From assembly GCA_030141605.1 (NCBI GenBank), contig JAQGDQ010000306.1:186001-250000 (forward strand): a stretch of 64,000 nt of DNA, written 5' to 3'. The position numbers and the translations under genes were made by a program. The stretch's first letter is position 1. Each line of letters starts with the position of its first letter. Below the pieces are notes generated by a model. That model was given only the letters and a program-made list of their open reading frames with translations. It was not told where the DNA came from and did no database searches. Positions 47,451-62,200 of the stretch are shown in pieces. The stretch comes from Tubiluchus corallicola (taxonomy: Eukaryota; Animalia; Priapulida).

Positions 47451-50274
47451 GTGGTGGCAATGTGGAGCACACCGGGATGCTTTTGTGTTTCAGGTTTCAA
47501 CTACTGCTGTTGAAGCTCTAGGTACAACCCAAATTCTTCAAATTTTATACTACTCTTTATAATAAAAAACGCAATGAATTTTAAGGTATAATAGTGTTCT
47601 ACCAGATTGTTATTATACATGTATTTTGCAGCTAAAGGAACTTCCGAAAGAAAATACATATAGTTGATCGCAAAACTGGTCACAATAATGCGCAATTTAT
47701 CAAGCATAACAACGGTCGCAATACTATGCAAGTGATCAGGTATAATAACGGTAAACTAAGAAAAACTTTAGCAGAACTTTTCTTCTGTATAGAACCCTGA
47801 ATTAACTATTAATCAAAATAAACAAGTGCCCTCAGGCTCATAGTAAGTAAATACCTAAAGTAAACTTTTTTGTCCGACAAGAAACAAACGCGTCCTTTTT
47901 ATCAAAATTGCCGGAAAAACAACTTGTCAGAAGTTGCAACGGAACGGATGTAGTTATTAAGCGTATTTGGCACTATTACCCCGCCTGCTCAACATATTTC
48001 TGGGACTGGCACTTCTTTCTACCAGCTCGTGGATCTGTAAATGCCAATCACGATTACTCGGTTAGCAAACCACACAGACAGACAACTCTGTTTATTACAA
48101 GTCTACTAGTAGGAATCGCATTTTCCACTGACTGCATTACCTCGATCATTCCTCGGTAAGGCAATTTTTCTTCGTTTTCTGTCTACCTGACACGCGTTAG
48201 ACGTAATTAAGTTGTACAATAGTAAGCGCTTGCTAACCTAATAACATTAACCAAGTGTCAGTCAAAACTACAGTTATGTGCCTTTGATGATTACCTAGCT
48301 AAGTTAAGACGGGGGCGTAACTATGCACTCGCAGGTACCCCCGTTGCGGTTGGACATAACGCCCGCATAGGAAAGGAACTCCTGCAAGATGAATAAAAGA
48401 ATCATATTTCACGGGGGTCTAGCACGCAAAAATACATGTGTTCAAAACACACTTGCAAATTATAAAGATAGCGACCACAATTAAATTTAATGCCAACCCC
48501 GTCACTTGTGGCTTTTGCTACTTTCATTAACGACTAGCCACAAAACATATTCCTCTCAAAAATAGTCGTGCACACATTCAGCACTTTCAACCAATGCCTC
48601 ATCTGCTAACCAGCACAAAACTCTGTGAGAAGCAAGGAGAAGACAATTTTTTTAAATATTATAAGCCAAACTTAAAGATCAATAAGCCTTCAAAGGAAAG
48701 TAAGGTTGCACTGAAATAATTACTGTTGAAGAGCTTCTACATTTTAAAGCAGACATGACAGTCCCTGTAAATAAACAAAGCAAGAGAAATGTTATCACAT
48801 CACTTTTATTCACAAACAATATTTTAAACATCTGCATAGTTAACATAATTATATTCACAAGGCCATTAACAGAATAGGAATTAATTTACAAATGTCTACT
48901 GACTAAACAAAATGGATAGGAGCACGAAGATACACAGTTATAATCAAGTAATTAATGTATACAAGCAAGCAATATATACATATATATATACATATATATG
49001 CATAAATATTAACAGTAATTATTAGTTTCAACGTTTTAGTTTCCACTAAAATTTACACCAAATACCCCAGATCACCAAATACACATAAGTTAATAAACAA
49101 CAACAAAAAAAATAATGGGTTACTTTTGCTCAATGTATTTACTGAATGAAAGCTGTATTTTATAAAAATTAATAACATAATGCTATTATGAGAATATTAT
49201 TCAAATAGTGAATAAGTCATTATGTCAACACAAACTATTTCAAAAAACAATCAGCTAGCTAACAGCAGTACTTCTACACTATTACTAAAAATGCGCCAAA
49301 TTCAGGAAGAATAAGAGGAATGTACTAATATAATGTAATTATCATAATTTTGCAGTATGCATCTTATATTCATAACTAATTAGCCCAAGTTACTTTAACT
49401 TTTATCAGCAGTGAGTCTAACACAATATAAAAAAATTTGACATAAAATTATAAATTTTTAATGCACTAAATAAATAAAGTTATAATCTGAATCACTCACC
49501 TTTGTCATAATGATAATAAATTTTAATGGTAAACTTAGTCAATAGTTAAGGCTAGGATACATAAAGCAGCTAAATAACCACTCTAACAGATTAATAAATT
49601 TTACATTAAAGATGCACGAAATCATGCAATAGAATCGAAATATCCAGCTAGCATCCAACAGTAAATTTTGAACCACAATGGTATGGTACTAGTTCAAGGC
49701 ATATTTTTACACATACAGACACAGCTCACAAAATAACTACTATTATGCAACAACCTAATAGCAAAAACTACATTTTACACATTGTATGGCCAAGTCAAGC
49801 CACAACATTACATTAATTAAGAGCGCTTCACATGTAATTTATCTACAGCCATCAACTTACATGAAAACCTTTCAACACTAATTCAAAACTAGATTCACAT
49901 ACACAAAAATGTTTCTTTTCACCATCATTTTTACCTCATTTACGCTACAAGACTTCTAAAGTCGTATTACAAAATGCAAAATGCAGTAATCATTTTAGTG
50001 CATTTTGTGTTAAAATGAAACAAGGTTATACGCTAGCACACTATGCGACAAATAAGTTTTAATGGGCCTCTAGTTAACCGTGGGCCCTAGGCCAATGGCC
50101 TACTATGTTTATTGGTAAATGTGGCCCTACTTACAGTGAAATTTACAATTTTCGACCCATTGGCTAATCAGATAATGAGACACTTATAAATTGAAATTAT
50201 GGTAATCACTATCATAATTTCAATTTATTAACTTCATTCAGACATTTCTTATCCTAAATGCAGTTTAGGCGATT

Positions 50275-53200
50275 TTAGTCCATCTTTATTCTTTGGCTGG
50301 TCATTCGGTATATAATGCTGTCTCTTCCAGGGTCCATAGTCCACAAAGCATAGCAGATAGCATACAATGCTAAAACTATCGCTATGGATGTCCACAAGAA
50401 TATATTGAATACGACAGGAAACATAGCATCCACATCACCAGCCAAGTTTATGTCAGGAGCACTGGAATCCTTACTTGTATCAACACCAGCAATTTTTGAT
50501 TCCTGTATAAAATAAAAAAAATAGAAATTATAACAAGTTATCATATTAAAACATTGTGAGTTATGATATTAGTTCAATCAGCCGAATGCAATTTGTATTC
50601 CTGCATATTTTGAGCATCTGATAAAAACTGTATTTTGGAATAATGACGAATAACGAGAAGAGAAAGCAAAAATTATTACTATTATTCTCAGTATTAACAC
50701 AACTGAATTACTTATAAAATGTAAAAACAAAAATTTAAGACTAATAAGTTTCTGTGCACATACTAAGAAAATAATAATAAAATAACAAGCTAATACAAAT
50801 GAATCAAAGTGAAATTTGTTGATAAAATCTGGCATTTTAGTGCAGTAAATCAGGGCCGGTTTAACAGTTTGCGGGCCTAGACCAGCTGAAAAGTGCTGCT
50901 CCACCTGCACCACCCGATATTTTCTAGAAGTGTAGGCCTGGAAGTTTTGAAACTTTTATCATGAATTTTATTATTTCTGGATACTCTGAATAAGTATTAT
51001 CATAAGTATTTAGTTTAAACTTCATACTTAGACAAATTTTCACAAAGTTGATAACACTAGGTTTGATTATTTTATCCAGCACATAATTTAACAAAACACA
51101 CCGAACTAATTACGCGATGTTATGGATGTTTATTTTTCAGGTATTTCTGCCTTGCCTAAAAGACATTACTATTCAAAGACAATTTTCTTCATTTTTGCCG
51201 TTTTTATCACAAGTTATATAAAAAGCAGGGTACATAATTAAGCCTATTAAGCAATGGTGCGGCAAACTTCTAAAGTGAGAGAACTTAGGTCAGGATCTGG
51301 TTAGCTTATGCAGTAGTTCACACCTATGGTCAATAGAGTACGTAAAAGCAGGATGTTTCCTTTGTTTATAAACCAGTATAATGGTTATAAGTAAATTTAA
51401 ACTGAAATTGTGACTGTTATTTTTATTATTGATTTTGTGTGTGTTCACTCAGACTATTTTTACTGTTATTACTTTAAAATTCTGTTGATTCAAGGAATTG
51501 AAAAACCACTCCCAACTTTTTCATTATTTATAAAATTGTTGAATAACAATTTCTAAAACATTAAAGTAAGAAAAATCTACTTGCAATATTTACATTCCTA
51601 ACTTTCCATTATTTACACAATGTCGGAGTGACCATCTCAGAAAATTCAGCTAACAAAATCTATATGTAAGAAGCCTTAGACGTTCACGGTCCAGTCAAAG
51701 AGAGCCCTAACTAATCACGACCAACAATGCAAACAGCCATTCACAAACCATTCGTAAAATGTTTCACAATGACCTAACAATTCATCAGCGTTCATTTAAT
51801 TTAGCACAACTGCCCTTCTCATGGTGAATTTATTGATAAATACCGCATATAATCCAGTCATTTTCTACCATTACGCGCTCATTTAAAAAGACCGATGAGG
51901 CAACAAACCGCACAAAGGACGGCTAATACCAATACAAAACTTGAAAGTTTTCATTAATTACGCAAGACAGTAATCAGTCAACAGTTGGTGGCTGCAGCCC
52001 GGCCCACAACGTCTATCAGCCACGGCTATCTATTACAGCTGCCAATAAGCTGGCAAAATATCCTCAATTGATCGTGCAAGGTGCATTATCCGGCGATTAC
52101 TTTTGCCACATTATACTTTTCGTGGCTATCCAATGATTGTCCGCATGATTTATTGATACGGATGTCTAAATAGTAATACAGACATTTAAATTTAATCACG
52201 GTTAAACGCGGCCGAGTGCTCGCAGCAATAAACATGTCTTGTACAATAGTGCAGCATTAATCATTCTGCTGCTCTGACAAGATTTATACATCATCAGTAT
52301 AATCGTTATGGAACGCTTATGAACTAATTTAATTTGGCTCAATTTCGTTGTATTCAATAGGATATTACGGCTCCGACTTGGCGTTATTGAATAGTGAGCC
52401 GTGCACAAGAGACGAGCTGAATGGGGAGTTAAAGTGCCCAATAGCTAGCCCAACAATTGGAAATATATGAGAACAAATTACGAGTTTTCTGAAAGACTGG
52501 ATGCGCGAGGAAAGAAATCTTTTGCGCGGAGATCTATGAATTCATTCCAACTGAATGTGGAGTGTAAAGAGACGTAATTCTGTGAACACTAGGAAAGATG
52601 AATAAAATAACATTATCAGATAGATCAATGTTATTTATGTTTCAGCCACTGCCAAATCGGCAGATATTATTTGCAATAGAATTCGTTGACAAATAAGTCA
52701 TCAAATCAAAACATTTAGATAAACATGTCCCAATATACTTAGTTTTACATAGTTACTTATGCTTTAGTCCTGCTTAGCAATGCAAAATAGGGCGACCCAT
52801 GAAAAAAGAACAAATTCAGAGTTTGATCAGTAAATAGATTAATTATTGTCCGAAAAACTGTATCTGGGTGGTTTCACATGTCATGTTACCCTTGTATTTA
52901 CGTCAGGGTGTATATGGATCAAAATGAGGTGAAGATACCTCTGCCAGATGAACAAAGTTCAGCTCATGCCATGACCATTTACATTATATTGACTGCTAAC
53001 TTAAAGAGTACCAAATTATACTCAGTGCCAATAAGCACAATCCTTCCTATTAAAAAAGCTGTTATTATGTTCCTATTATTATGGATTAATATTACGGTCT
53101 AATAAAATATTTGAGAGATTTATTCGTTCTACATCAGCAGGAAAAACTTAGGTGGTGGAAAACATAGCTATGAAATGGACAGTTTTTTGCACAGGGATTT

Positions 53201-56200
53201 AATGATGTTCACTATTAAGGAAATAATGTCTTTTTGAGACTAACAAATCTACATAAACTCTATTAGACGAGAACATAAAACTCACTCAAGTGAAAGTTCA
53301 CATCACACAGATGTGTGACAATTTCAGCAAAGTGTTTCCTAATGCGTGTTTATGTGCCCCAACAGCAAATTTAACAATTATTAGCAATATAAAGGCAGCT
53401 CTATTCTCTTTATAGCTTCTCTTATAATGAGGGTTAATATCAGAAATTTGCTATACGTGACAATTACAGTCACATCAGTGACACCTTCTAATAGTAATTT
53501 ATGATCTAATGTTTGGTTATTTTATCACTACTTGCACAGAAGAGACAAATTTTTAGCTACCAGGAAATTAAATTAATGTGCAATAGTTCCTACAAAAATG
53601 CATTACTGACATTAGGTCTTCAGTTTTATTCAATACTTTTGCTGTAAAACATGAAATGTTTTTATCAACATGCTCGTGGTATGCTGTTTTGTAAATCCAC
53701 TTAAAAAAATAAACTTTATGTAGAATGTGGAAATTGTATTCAACTTTTCTGAACTTCACCACAGAGAATATTCTTATTTCTAAGTAGCAGGCATTCATGC
53801 TTACAATTCTCACATTCAAATCTTGTATCACAAGGTAAGCATGCCTTTCCAGTCGCTAATCATAATGATGCTACTAAAACAAAGATACAGCTAAAAAGTG
53901 TTAAATATCATAACCGCAACACACCAAAACTCAGCTATGATCGATTCACACAGTCATTCTTATACATAAAACTTACAGCTCACAATCATCTAGAAAAATA
54001 TTCTAGCAACTTTAGTCACATGGTCATTTTTAATCTCCTTATAACTGGTAATGTATAACATGAGCAATTCATCAGGTAAACTGGTTGAGTAAAATGCATG
54101 CAATATGTAATTGAATATTATCCTAATTTAACAGTCTTTAGTGAATGTGATACATCACACTGATATATAGCTAGCACTTTAATTGAACCACTTTACTAAA
54201 TGATCGTCAGTAAATGTGAAAGCCACTCACAAGTTTTATATGCTCAAATTCATCATAACCGAATTAAATAACATTATTCAAGGAGTATGTCGTATAAATT
54301 TGATTTGCGTTTGTTTAATTCGAACAGTTGAAGTCGCGAATACAAATTGCAAGAGAAGAACTGCCACCAGCAATGCGATCAAAAGGAATAACCAGTGAGG
54401 CAAAATCATCAAAAAATTTAAACACTTCTTGTTATGATAACCAAATATCACTTAAAGTGAAAAACAAATTAAGAAAATAGATAACAAATTCGATGAAATA
54501 CTAGCCAGAAATTGTACACAATAAAAACAATTATGCATAGCGATTGAATGCATAACACCAAACGTGTACAATCTGTACATTGCATAGGCAGCAGGTAGAA
54601 CTTGTTGTAGAATACAGTATAATTAAAGTGCACAGTACATCAGAAATGTATACAGATAATGACAGCTCGACAAAAACAAGAATTTTAGAGTTACTGTTGT
54701 GTTCATGCCTAAAAACATACTGAGGAGTCGGTTTGGCTTGAACCGACCAACAATCTAATTATGTACATAATAACAGATGTGATGCAAAAATCAATGCCTA
54801 CACCCACTTAAGTATAGACATGGTTCCATTTAATTAAACACAATGATCTGTTGTACCAACAGCAACATTTCAAACTTTAACCTGGTCATGTTCATGCATT
54901 CCTACCTAATAAAAATACAATATACAGTGCATGCAAATTAATATAGCGTGAAAACCCACATTATCAAAAACAATCATATCAATGTTTTAGTTTTTTGTGG
55001 GTTTTTGATCTCTGTATTAATTTCTATTTATTATATTTTTATTAGTTAGGAGTGCATGAACAATTGAACATGACCAATTTAAAAGCCGAAATGTTGCAGT
55101 TGGTACAGCGGAAGAAAAGATGGAATCATGTCTACCCATAAATGGGTGCTGGCATTTCTTTTTATTTTAAGTTGCCCCGTCACCAATCAGACATGACATA
55201 TTATGCAATTTGTATTAATATAATTAAAAGAAAACAATTCACCGTTTCTTTTAATGTGTTCTGTAAAATTCTGATTATTAGTTACGCCAGTAGTGACTTT
55301 GATTACAATTAGCCGTAGACAATTGCTATGAGAAGTTGATGACTATTATTGTACACTAATTATTATAATTCCTTTTGACATTTATCCTGGGGTTTAATTT
55401 TATATCTATTTGAACTAATACTTCATCTACATAACATATTTGAACTAATACTTAGTCCACAAGCGAGCTATTTATACTCATAAAATTAGTTCAGTCCTAT
55501 TAAAGAAATAAAATATAGTTAATTAAACAATTGATCCTAAGCAAAAATAATTATTCGATCCATGTCAAATTACTTCAGTACTATTAAAGAAATAAGATGT
55601 GCTTAATTAGAGTATTGATCTTACGCAAGTTATCTACTCCATTAACAATTACTTCAGTCTTATTAAAGAAATAAAATGTATTTAATTAGACTAACTGACA
55701 AAACTTTTTAAACCAGAACGTTAAATATGGCCACCTAATTAATTGCAGAAGATTTCTTGGTGTAGTGAAACCCGGACTCACATAAAGCCGAATGGTGATT
55801 AGTAAGTGACAAGCAGGGCAATTCTGTACTAATTTATGTCACGTCAATTTCTGATTAAAGAAGATGAGAATCATTAAAGAAAAGTTACATAGGGGAGAGG
55901 GCTTAATGAATGGCTTTCAAACTTTAAGCAAATTGAATGTAAGAATATACAAAATCTACAGTGACTGACAAAGATAGACAACTGCTTCAAATTGACATTT
56001 CATTCAAAACTTTAAAACTAAATACTACAGGACAGTACTTGTCCTAAGGGTGAAGGAGAACTATCTTCAGTTATGCTACTTTTTTCCAATGCGGCATAGC
56101 TGGATTTGGTAAAATCAAAGTAACACAGAGAAACAATGCCATGAAAAACATGTTTAAGTTTTCTCAGGTTGGATGCTATGAATAAAACTTGTTATTTTGT

Positions 56201-59200
56201 CCAAACTGAACCAGTACTTCAGCATTATGGCATCATAAGGACTCAAAAATAATATTGTATTTGCATAACCTCAATTTTCCTACCCTATAACTTGGATTTT
56301 GTACAGTCCAATATCTGTATATGAGTATGTTTCTACTGCTCCGTTTCTTCTGGAACACCTTTCAGTAAGCCTTTCACTGTACCTGGCTCTCATTACATTT
56401 AAACGTAATAAGCAGAATGAGTAGCACTGAACACACTCAGTCAATGTAAACTTTATACATTTGCACAGCACCGAATTTTCATCAGACCTTTCTGAAACCA
56501 TTCAGAATGTAATAATAACCAAATGTGGCTAATAGGCCTCTGCCGGTTTAGCGTCTCATTTTAGAGGATTTATCTTGATAATAAGTAACAGTACGCTCAT
56601 TTCACTTAGTTCTGGTCAAAACAATCTACTCTTTAAAATATTGAAAAGGAGCATACTATTTCTCATTCGCTCCGCTAGTTATTCACTATTACATACATTT
56701 CACCATTCGTTAGTTAGATGGGCACTAGCGCCTGCATTTTGGAAACATGTTGCACAAAAAACAGGTGCTATACTTCTCAGTTCAGAGGTGTCCATTTGCA
56801 AAGTAGTGCAATGTGTCAGTACAGAGGTAAATTTGAAATTTGAGTTTTTTTTTCTTACAACTTGCCAAGTTCTAGTATAACACATTGTATCTCTTACTGC
56901 ACTATATACTTCAATTTTTGCTGTTGCCAATACGTGCAACTCGTTTATGAAATTGTTCTAGCTGTTGAAAATTATATTAATTTGTGATGTCATAAATAGT
57001 TAAATTTGATAACTAAGATAACTAATAATCAATAATTAACTAAGATTTTAATCTTTTATTGATCAGAAATGCTTTTGCAGTATTACTGTTATTAAAATGT
57101 ATACTTTTTACCGTACTTCAAAATGGGGTAGGATATGAAAAATCATCCCGTTTTCCTTCAAATACAGACCTTGCCACTGTGTACGTGATTCCAGATGGCA
57201 AAGTGTCGAATTTTACAAAAAAAATCAATAATTACACAGATTTCTTTCTTATCACACTGTGGAATCAATTTGATTTACTGGAACAAACTTCAACAACTAA
57301 TTACTAATTTCAATATAAAGAAGTACTTGCCTTTGAGTCAGTAGCTTCCCGGCGTTTTCGACTTGTATGCACTGTTTCACCATTTAAAGTAATTACTTCA
57401 TAAACGTAATTGTCTCCATATACATATGTCATAGAATTTTGCAGCTAAAATAACAAAAAAGGTCAGTGACAACAAAAAAACAGCCACTCAGTGTCGCACT
57501 ATAGTATAAAATTTTGGCTCACGCAAGCATACGTATACTGCTTTTAAATTAACAATTGCTTACTATTATATCTAACATTTGGATAATAAACAAAATACGG
57601 TTACACAAGCTTAATAGTTGGAAAAAATCATATCAGAGAGTCAGGCACTGATGCTTTGTTCAGTTGTAGGTGTTTGCAGAAGCACCATAAATTGCATAAT
57701 GTACAATTAATACATAAACAAATTACAAATTTCCAAATAATAATTTTAGTTAGTGTGTTAAACATGGAAACACCTACATTGCCTTATTCTAAGATTAGTG
57801 TGGAACATATATTATCATTTATTAGTCATTTCTACATTGATGCAGAAGGCGACAATTTAATTTAATGTCTGTCCATATTGTTGACAACGGTCAGGCCAGT
57901 AAACAAATGAAATTCATGACCCATACACCATAGTGACAAAAAAAAAATTTCAGGATGTCGGTTATTACATTTATAAAAATTAATAAACAATTTCCTGATA
58001 ATTATCAGAACAATAATTCCAGTTTTCATAGTACCTTCTTAACTGACATATAAATTGATAAAATGTGATGAACGACACAGCACTGCCTTGCCAGTCGTTA
58101 CAATCATGTGGTGACACCCAGTGAAAAGCATGGAAGATAAGTATCAGATTTTCAAATGACTCAAATTATGATGCCATAAGTGTCTCTCGAATGGCAATAA
58201 TTTTAAATAGCAAGAGACATTACTTTACTTTCGTGACACTGGAATTACTATGTTTTAATAAACATAAATATATCTACATAAAGAACTTTTTTCTGTTATT
58301 ATTGTGTTTGTGTTGTCATCATTTCTACTACGTTTGAGGCATTCCATCCTATGTATAGAACAATGTTTTCTTATGTTGTATTTACTATAATATGTCTTAT
58401 GTTGTATTTACTATGTCTTAAATATATGCTTAATAAACTTTTTGTCAAAAAAGTCAAGAGCAGTAGTTGCAGGATACAGAAAGCTTAATATTCGCAACAA
58501 CTAACTACTACATAAAAGAGCACCGAAAATAGTATGTTTCCACTTTGTGTTTATTGCTTTTTTAATAAAACACATGCCTTTAATGATCTAATTTTGAAAG
58601 ACAGGCACATTACAATTAATTAATATAAAGTATGTTAATCAGTATCTCTGCGAGATAGGAAACCCTTTGGTGACAGATCGACAATTGAAAAAACTGTTTC
58701 AATTGAAATCATGTGTTCCAGAAATTTTCAGTCGGTATATATTTGTTGTGCCAATAATTGCCATTTTAGCACAAAATTAGTAAATGCAAGAAATTGACGA
58801 TCGATAATAAGTTCATTAATACATTAAAAGTCTGCATGGTTGAAAGTTAGACCATTCTAAAAAAATAAGAAACATTCTGAGGTAATAAACACATTCAGAT
58901 AAATCAGACACCTCTTCCTTAATTTGGCCTTGAATAAAATTCACTATAATTTTCACAAAAACAATTCTACTCACATTGTATAAGACAATGCGTAAAACAG
59001 TCATGGCACTGTGCGCAGAAAGAGAATCTAAACCATGTTCATCTGCAATGGCTTTAAAACTGGAAACAGTTATTTGAAACAAATCTGGAATGTTGTTTTG
59101 CAGGTCTTCTCTGTGTTTTTCCAGCTGAAATTTGAGCAAAGCAAGATCATTCATAAGATAATCTGGCAAAAAAAAATCACTCATGATTATTCCAATAAGT

Positions 59201-62200
59201 AAACAAAAATTAATTGAAAATACTTGAGTACGTATCGTATAACTTGCATTACTAAAGACAACTGAAAAAATGCTGCTACTTTCCCTCTAAGAAAATCTTT
59301 AATGCAATAGTTAACTTTCTAACTACAAAGCAAACGAAAAAAGGTCCAAAATTTTTTTGCAATTCCATAGCTGAATCAAAATGGAGTATATAGTTTTCCA
59401 TGTAGTTGAACAATAAGCCAATGACTAATCGTTTTTTCGCATAGCCTATCAACTCAATGATGATAATTCATCCATGGCAAGCAACGACAAAACCATATCA
59501 ACTGGCAAGCAATGCCATACAAAACAAATTACGTTTTTGGCCCACAGTATGGCCAATTCCTGATTCGTATCGGCTGAATGCTTTGATCTACATTGTCGTA
59601 TGCTCCGCTATTGCGCAAAATTTTGAGGAACACACGCATGCATGCACTAACACACATGGGTTGGCTCCTTGCACATTTGGGCAATTTTGTTACAAGCCAA
59701 ATTATGTATCCCGATTTGCACTGGCTTCATGATATGAAGTGTGCTACCATAACAAAACATCTTTGTGTCAAATTTCAGCTTCCCAGCTGCTTTACAATCC
59801 GAGGTAGTGCCCTTTTTTGAAAACACATTGCATGATCAATAACGAAAACAGCAACAACATCAGAGTAACATAGACCTCCTTATAGGTTATTTTGCAAGCG
59901 AGTAACCAAAAAATGTTCATTTGTAATAGAAATGCAAATGTATGCACAAATATTTTCCATGTTCTATGATCAATAAACATAAAAAAACCCAAAACTTACC
60001 ACATTGCCGAACTGTTTGATTATTTGCATTTCAGACAAAAAGTACAGATCTGCATGATTTGTCAAGTTCAAATTACCAAAGTCTATCTTGTTTAAATCAT
60101 GCAGCAGAGAGCTAGAGCCATGCAAAAGTTTCTGAGCTTGCTCGAGAGTTGCTGGAACATCGCTGAATAGATCTGAACTGTCTGTCCAAATACTCACAAA
60201 CTACAAAATTTAATATTTAGATGAAAAGAATAAACTCATTGAAAACTAAGTATTACAGATCTTTTCTATAATCTTCATAATTTACAATGAGCAACTGATT
60301 AATGACACTAACTTTCAAATAGCTGAAATGAGTTTTTCTTTTTTCAAAATATTCTTATTTAAACTCACAAGTATAGAACAAAATTGTGCATGATCATTTA
60401 AGTGCTTTTAGGAAATTACTTCTGCTGACAAATGAAAGAAAAAATTTTGACCAAAATAACAATAACTCACATTTTGTTTTGCATTGTAATTAAAGTAAAC
60501 AATGTTCAACAAAAAAGAAAGGGGCACGTTATCTGAAAGTAAATGCCACTGGAATCGAATTTATTCTGAAAGCATAATAACAGGAATTCTCAATTTGTTC
60601 AAATTGTTCATAAATTGGGAATAATTTACAGATAAAAGGTGCCACACAGTTGAACAGTAGCATGAGTCTCAGATATACATATCTCACACTGTAGGGGTGC
60701 ATCAGATCCGGACATGGATATCAGATTAAGCCAAACATTTTGGCAGGATGCAACGAAATTTAATGAAATACAGAACATTAATGTCATTGCAGTCAAATTA
60801 CGATCATAATCACATGCAACTACTAAACATTCAATGCGTGAAACATATGTATGATTCAGCCATTTGGCAACTATGCTGAATAGATTTGACGTATTGAAGG
60901 CTTGAAGCAAACTTCGTTTGAATGAACAACAGAATAAATGATTCAGATATCTTTCTGGTTTAGTTATTTGACAAATCTGCCTAAATTATAAAGTTCTATC
61001 TTGGAAAACATTGGCAAAACCAGCATAGTGAGGCATTATTTTAGTATTAAAGGAAAACCAGATGTTTGAATGAACATCAGAATAAACGATTCAGATATCT
61101 TTCTGGTTTAGTTATTTGACAAATCTGCCTAAATTATAAAGTTCTATCTTAGAAAACATTGGCAAAACCAGCATAGTGAGGCACTATTTTAGTATTAAAG
61201 GAAAACCGGATGACTGATTAGACTCAATCTCATTTTAATTTACTGTCCAAAATATATATTTTCTTCCTATAAAATTAGCAACTGTTTCTAATATTTGAAT
61301 AATTACCTTGGAAAGTTAATTAATTGTAACCAAAAACAGCTATCGCTTACGTTACAAACTAACCACAGTCTATGCAATGGTAGGCATCTTCCCTGAGCAT
61401 CAACCACATTTGCATAAGCAAAGATTGCTATAAGACGCTCTACATCACACTGACGTCACAGACAAACACTGCAGTTAATGATCGTGCTTGTCACGAAGCC
61501 GCCCATATTTGTCAGCCACGTGAATATTGCTAGTCTTAGTGGATTTGCTGAGCCATGAGTAGCTTTGAAAGCTTAACAAATTTTAACTATTACTTAATCT
61601 AAGCTTCAAATTAAAAAAAGCTGTTGTAGTAGTCAATATTTTAGCGCAAACTTTATTTTAAACTAATGTCTACACAATCGTCCGGTTTCCTTTAAAGATT
61701 CAGACTCTTCAATAGCCGTATGCATGCCACACTATGTTACTGTTGCAGCCAAGTGAGACAATTCGTTGAATTTTCTAGCCTTGTTTTAGATCCAGATCTG
61801 GAGAATTGGATCGATTTCTGATCTGGATCCGGCAAATATGTATTCAGTGTGTTGGTGCACCACTATCCATTTGTATTAAATAATAGATCATCATAAATTA
61901 CTTGCTTACCTTCCGCTCAGATCTTATATCAACAAACACTGAATCTTCATAAAGTGCTTTCAAATCTGCCTCAACCTCATTGAAGCTTACTGGACTTTTA
62001 GTCTATAAAAAGACATTCAAAAAGTCAGTTCAAAATACTCTAAATGGTCAGTGCCATCTGCTCAAGTAAGAGTAAAAAATAATAATGTTTACTGAAGTAA
62101 CATACAGGGCCTGTAGCAAATACCATCTACATGCAAGGTCTATATTTATATAATTACATATAAATGCTGATAAAACTTGTTGTGACTTATAGAGGTTGTT

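Larger units (their letters stand above)
60692..61865. mobile_element. hAT-like MITE (TAGGGGTGCA...TGCACCACTA) interrupted by a nested element
   Basis: Left end taggggtgcatcagatccgga; right end ctggatccggc...ggtgcaccacta; subterminal GATCC motifs. The 8-bp TSD is not cleanly preserved. Confidence 0.55.

Noticed and set aside
55475-55692. CRISPR-like repeat-spacer pattern
   Set aside because: Eukaryotic intron; the 'spacers' are homologous to each other and there are no cas genes, so it is a diverged minisatellite.
59125-59184. Longer ATP6AP2 exon starting at the ccag| acceptor (59162) or ATG 59184
   Set aside because: Phase 1, incompatible with the phase-0 upstream exon; the tttcag| acceptor at 59124 gives a gap-free match to the remembered human sequence.
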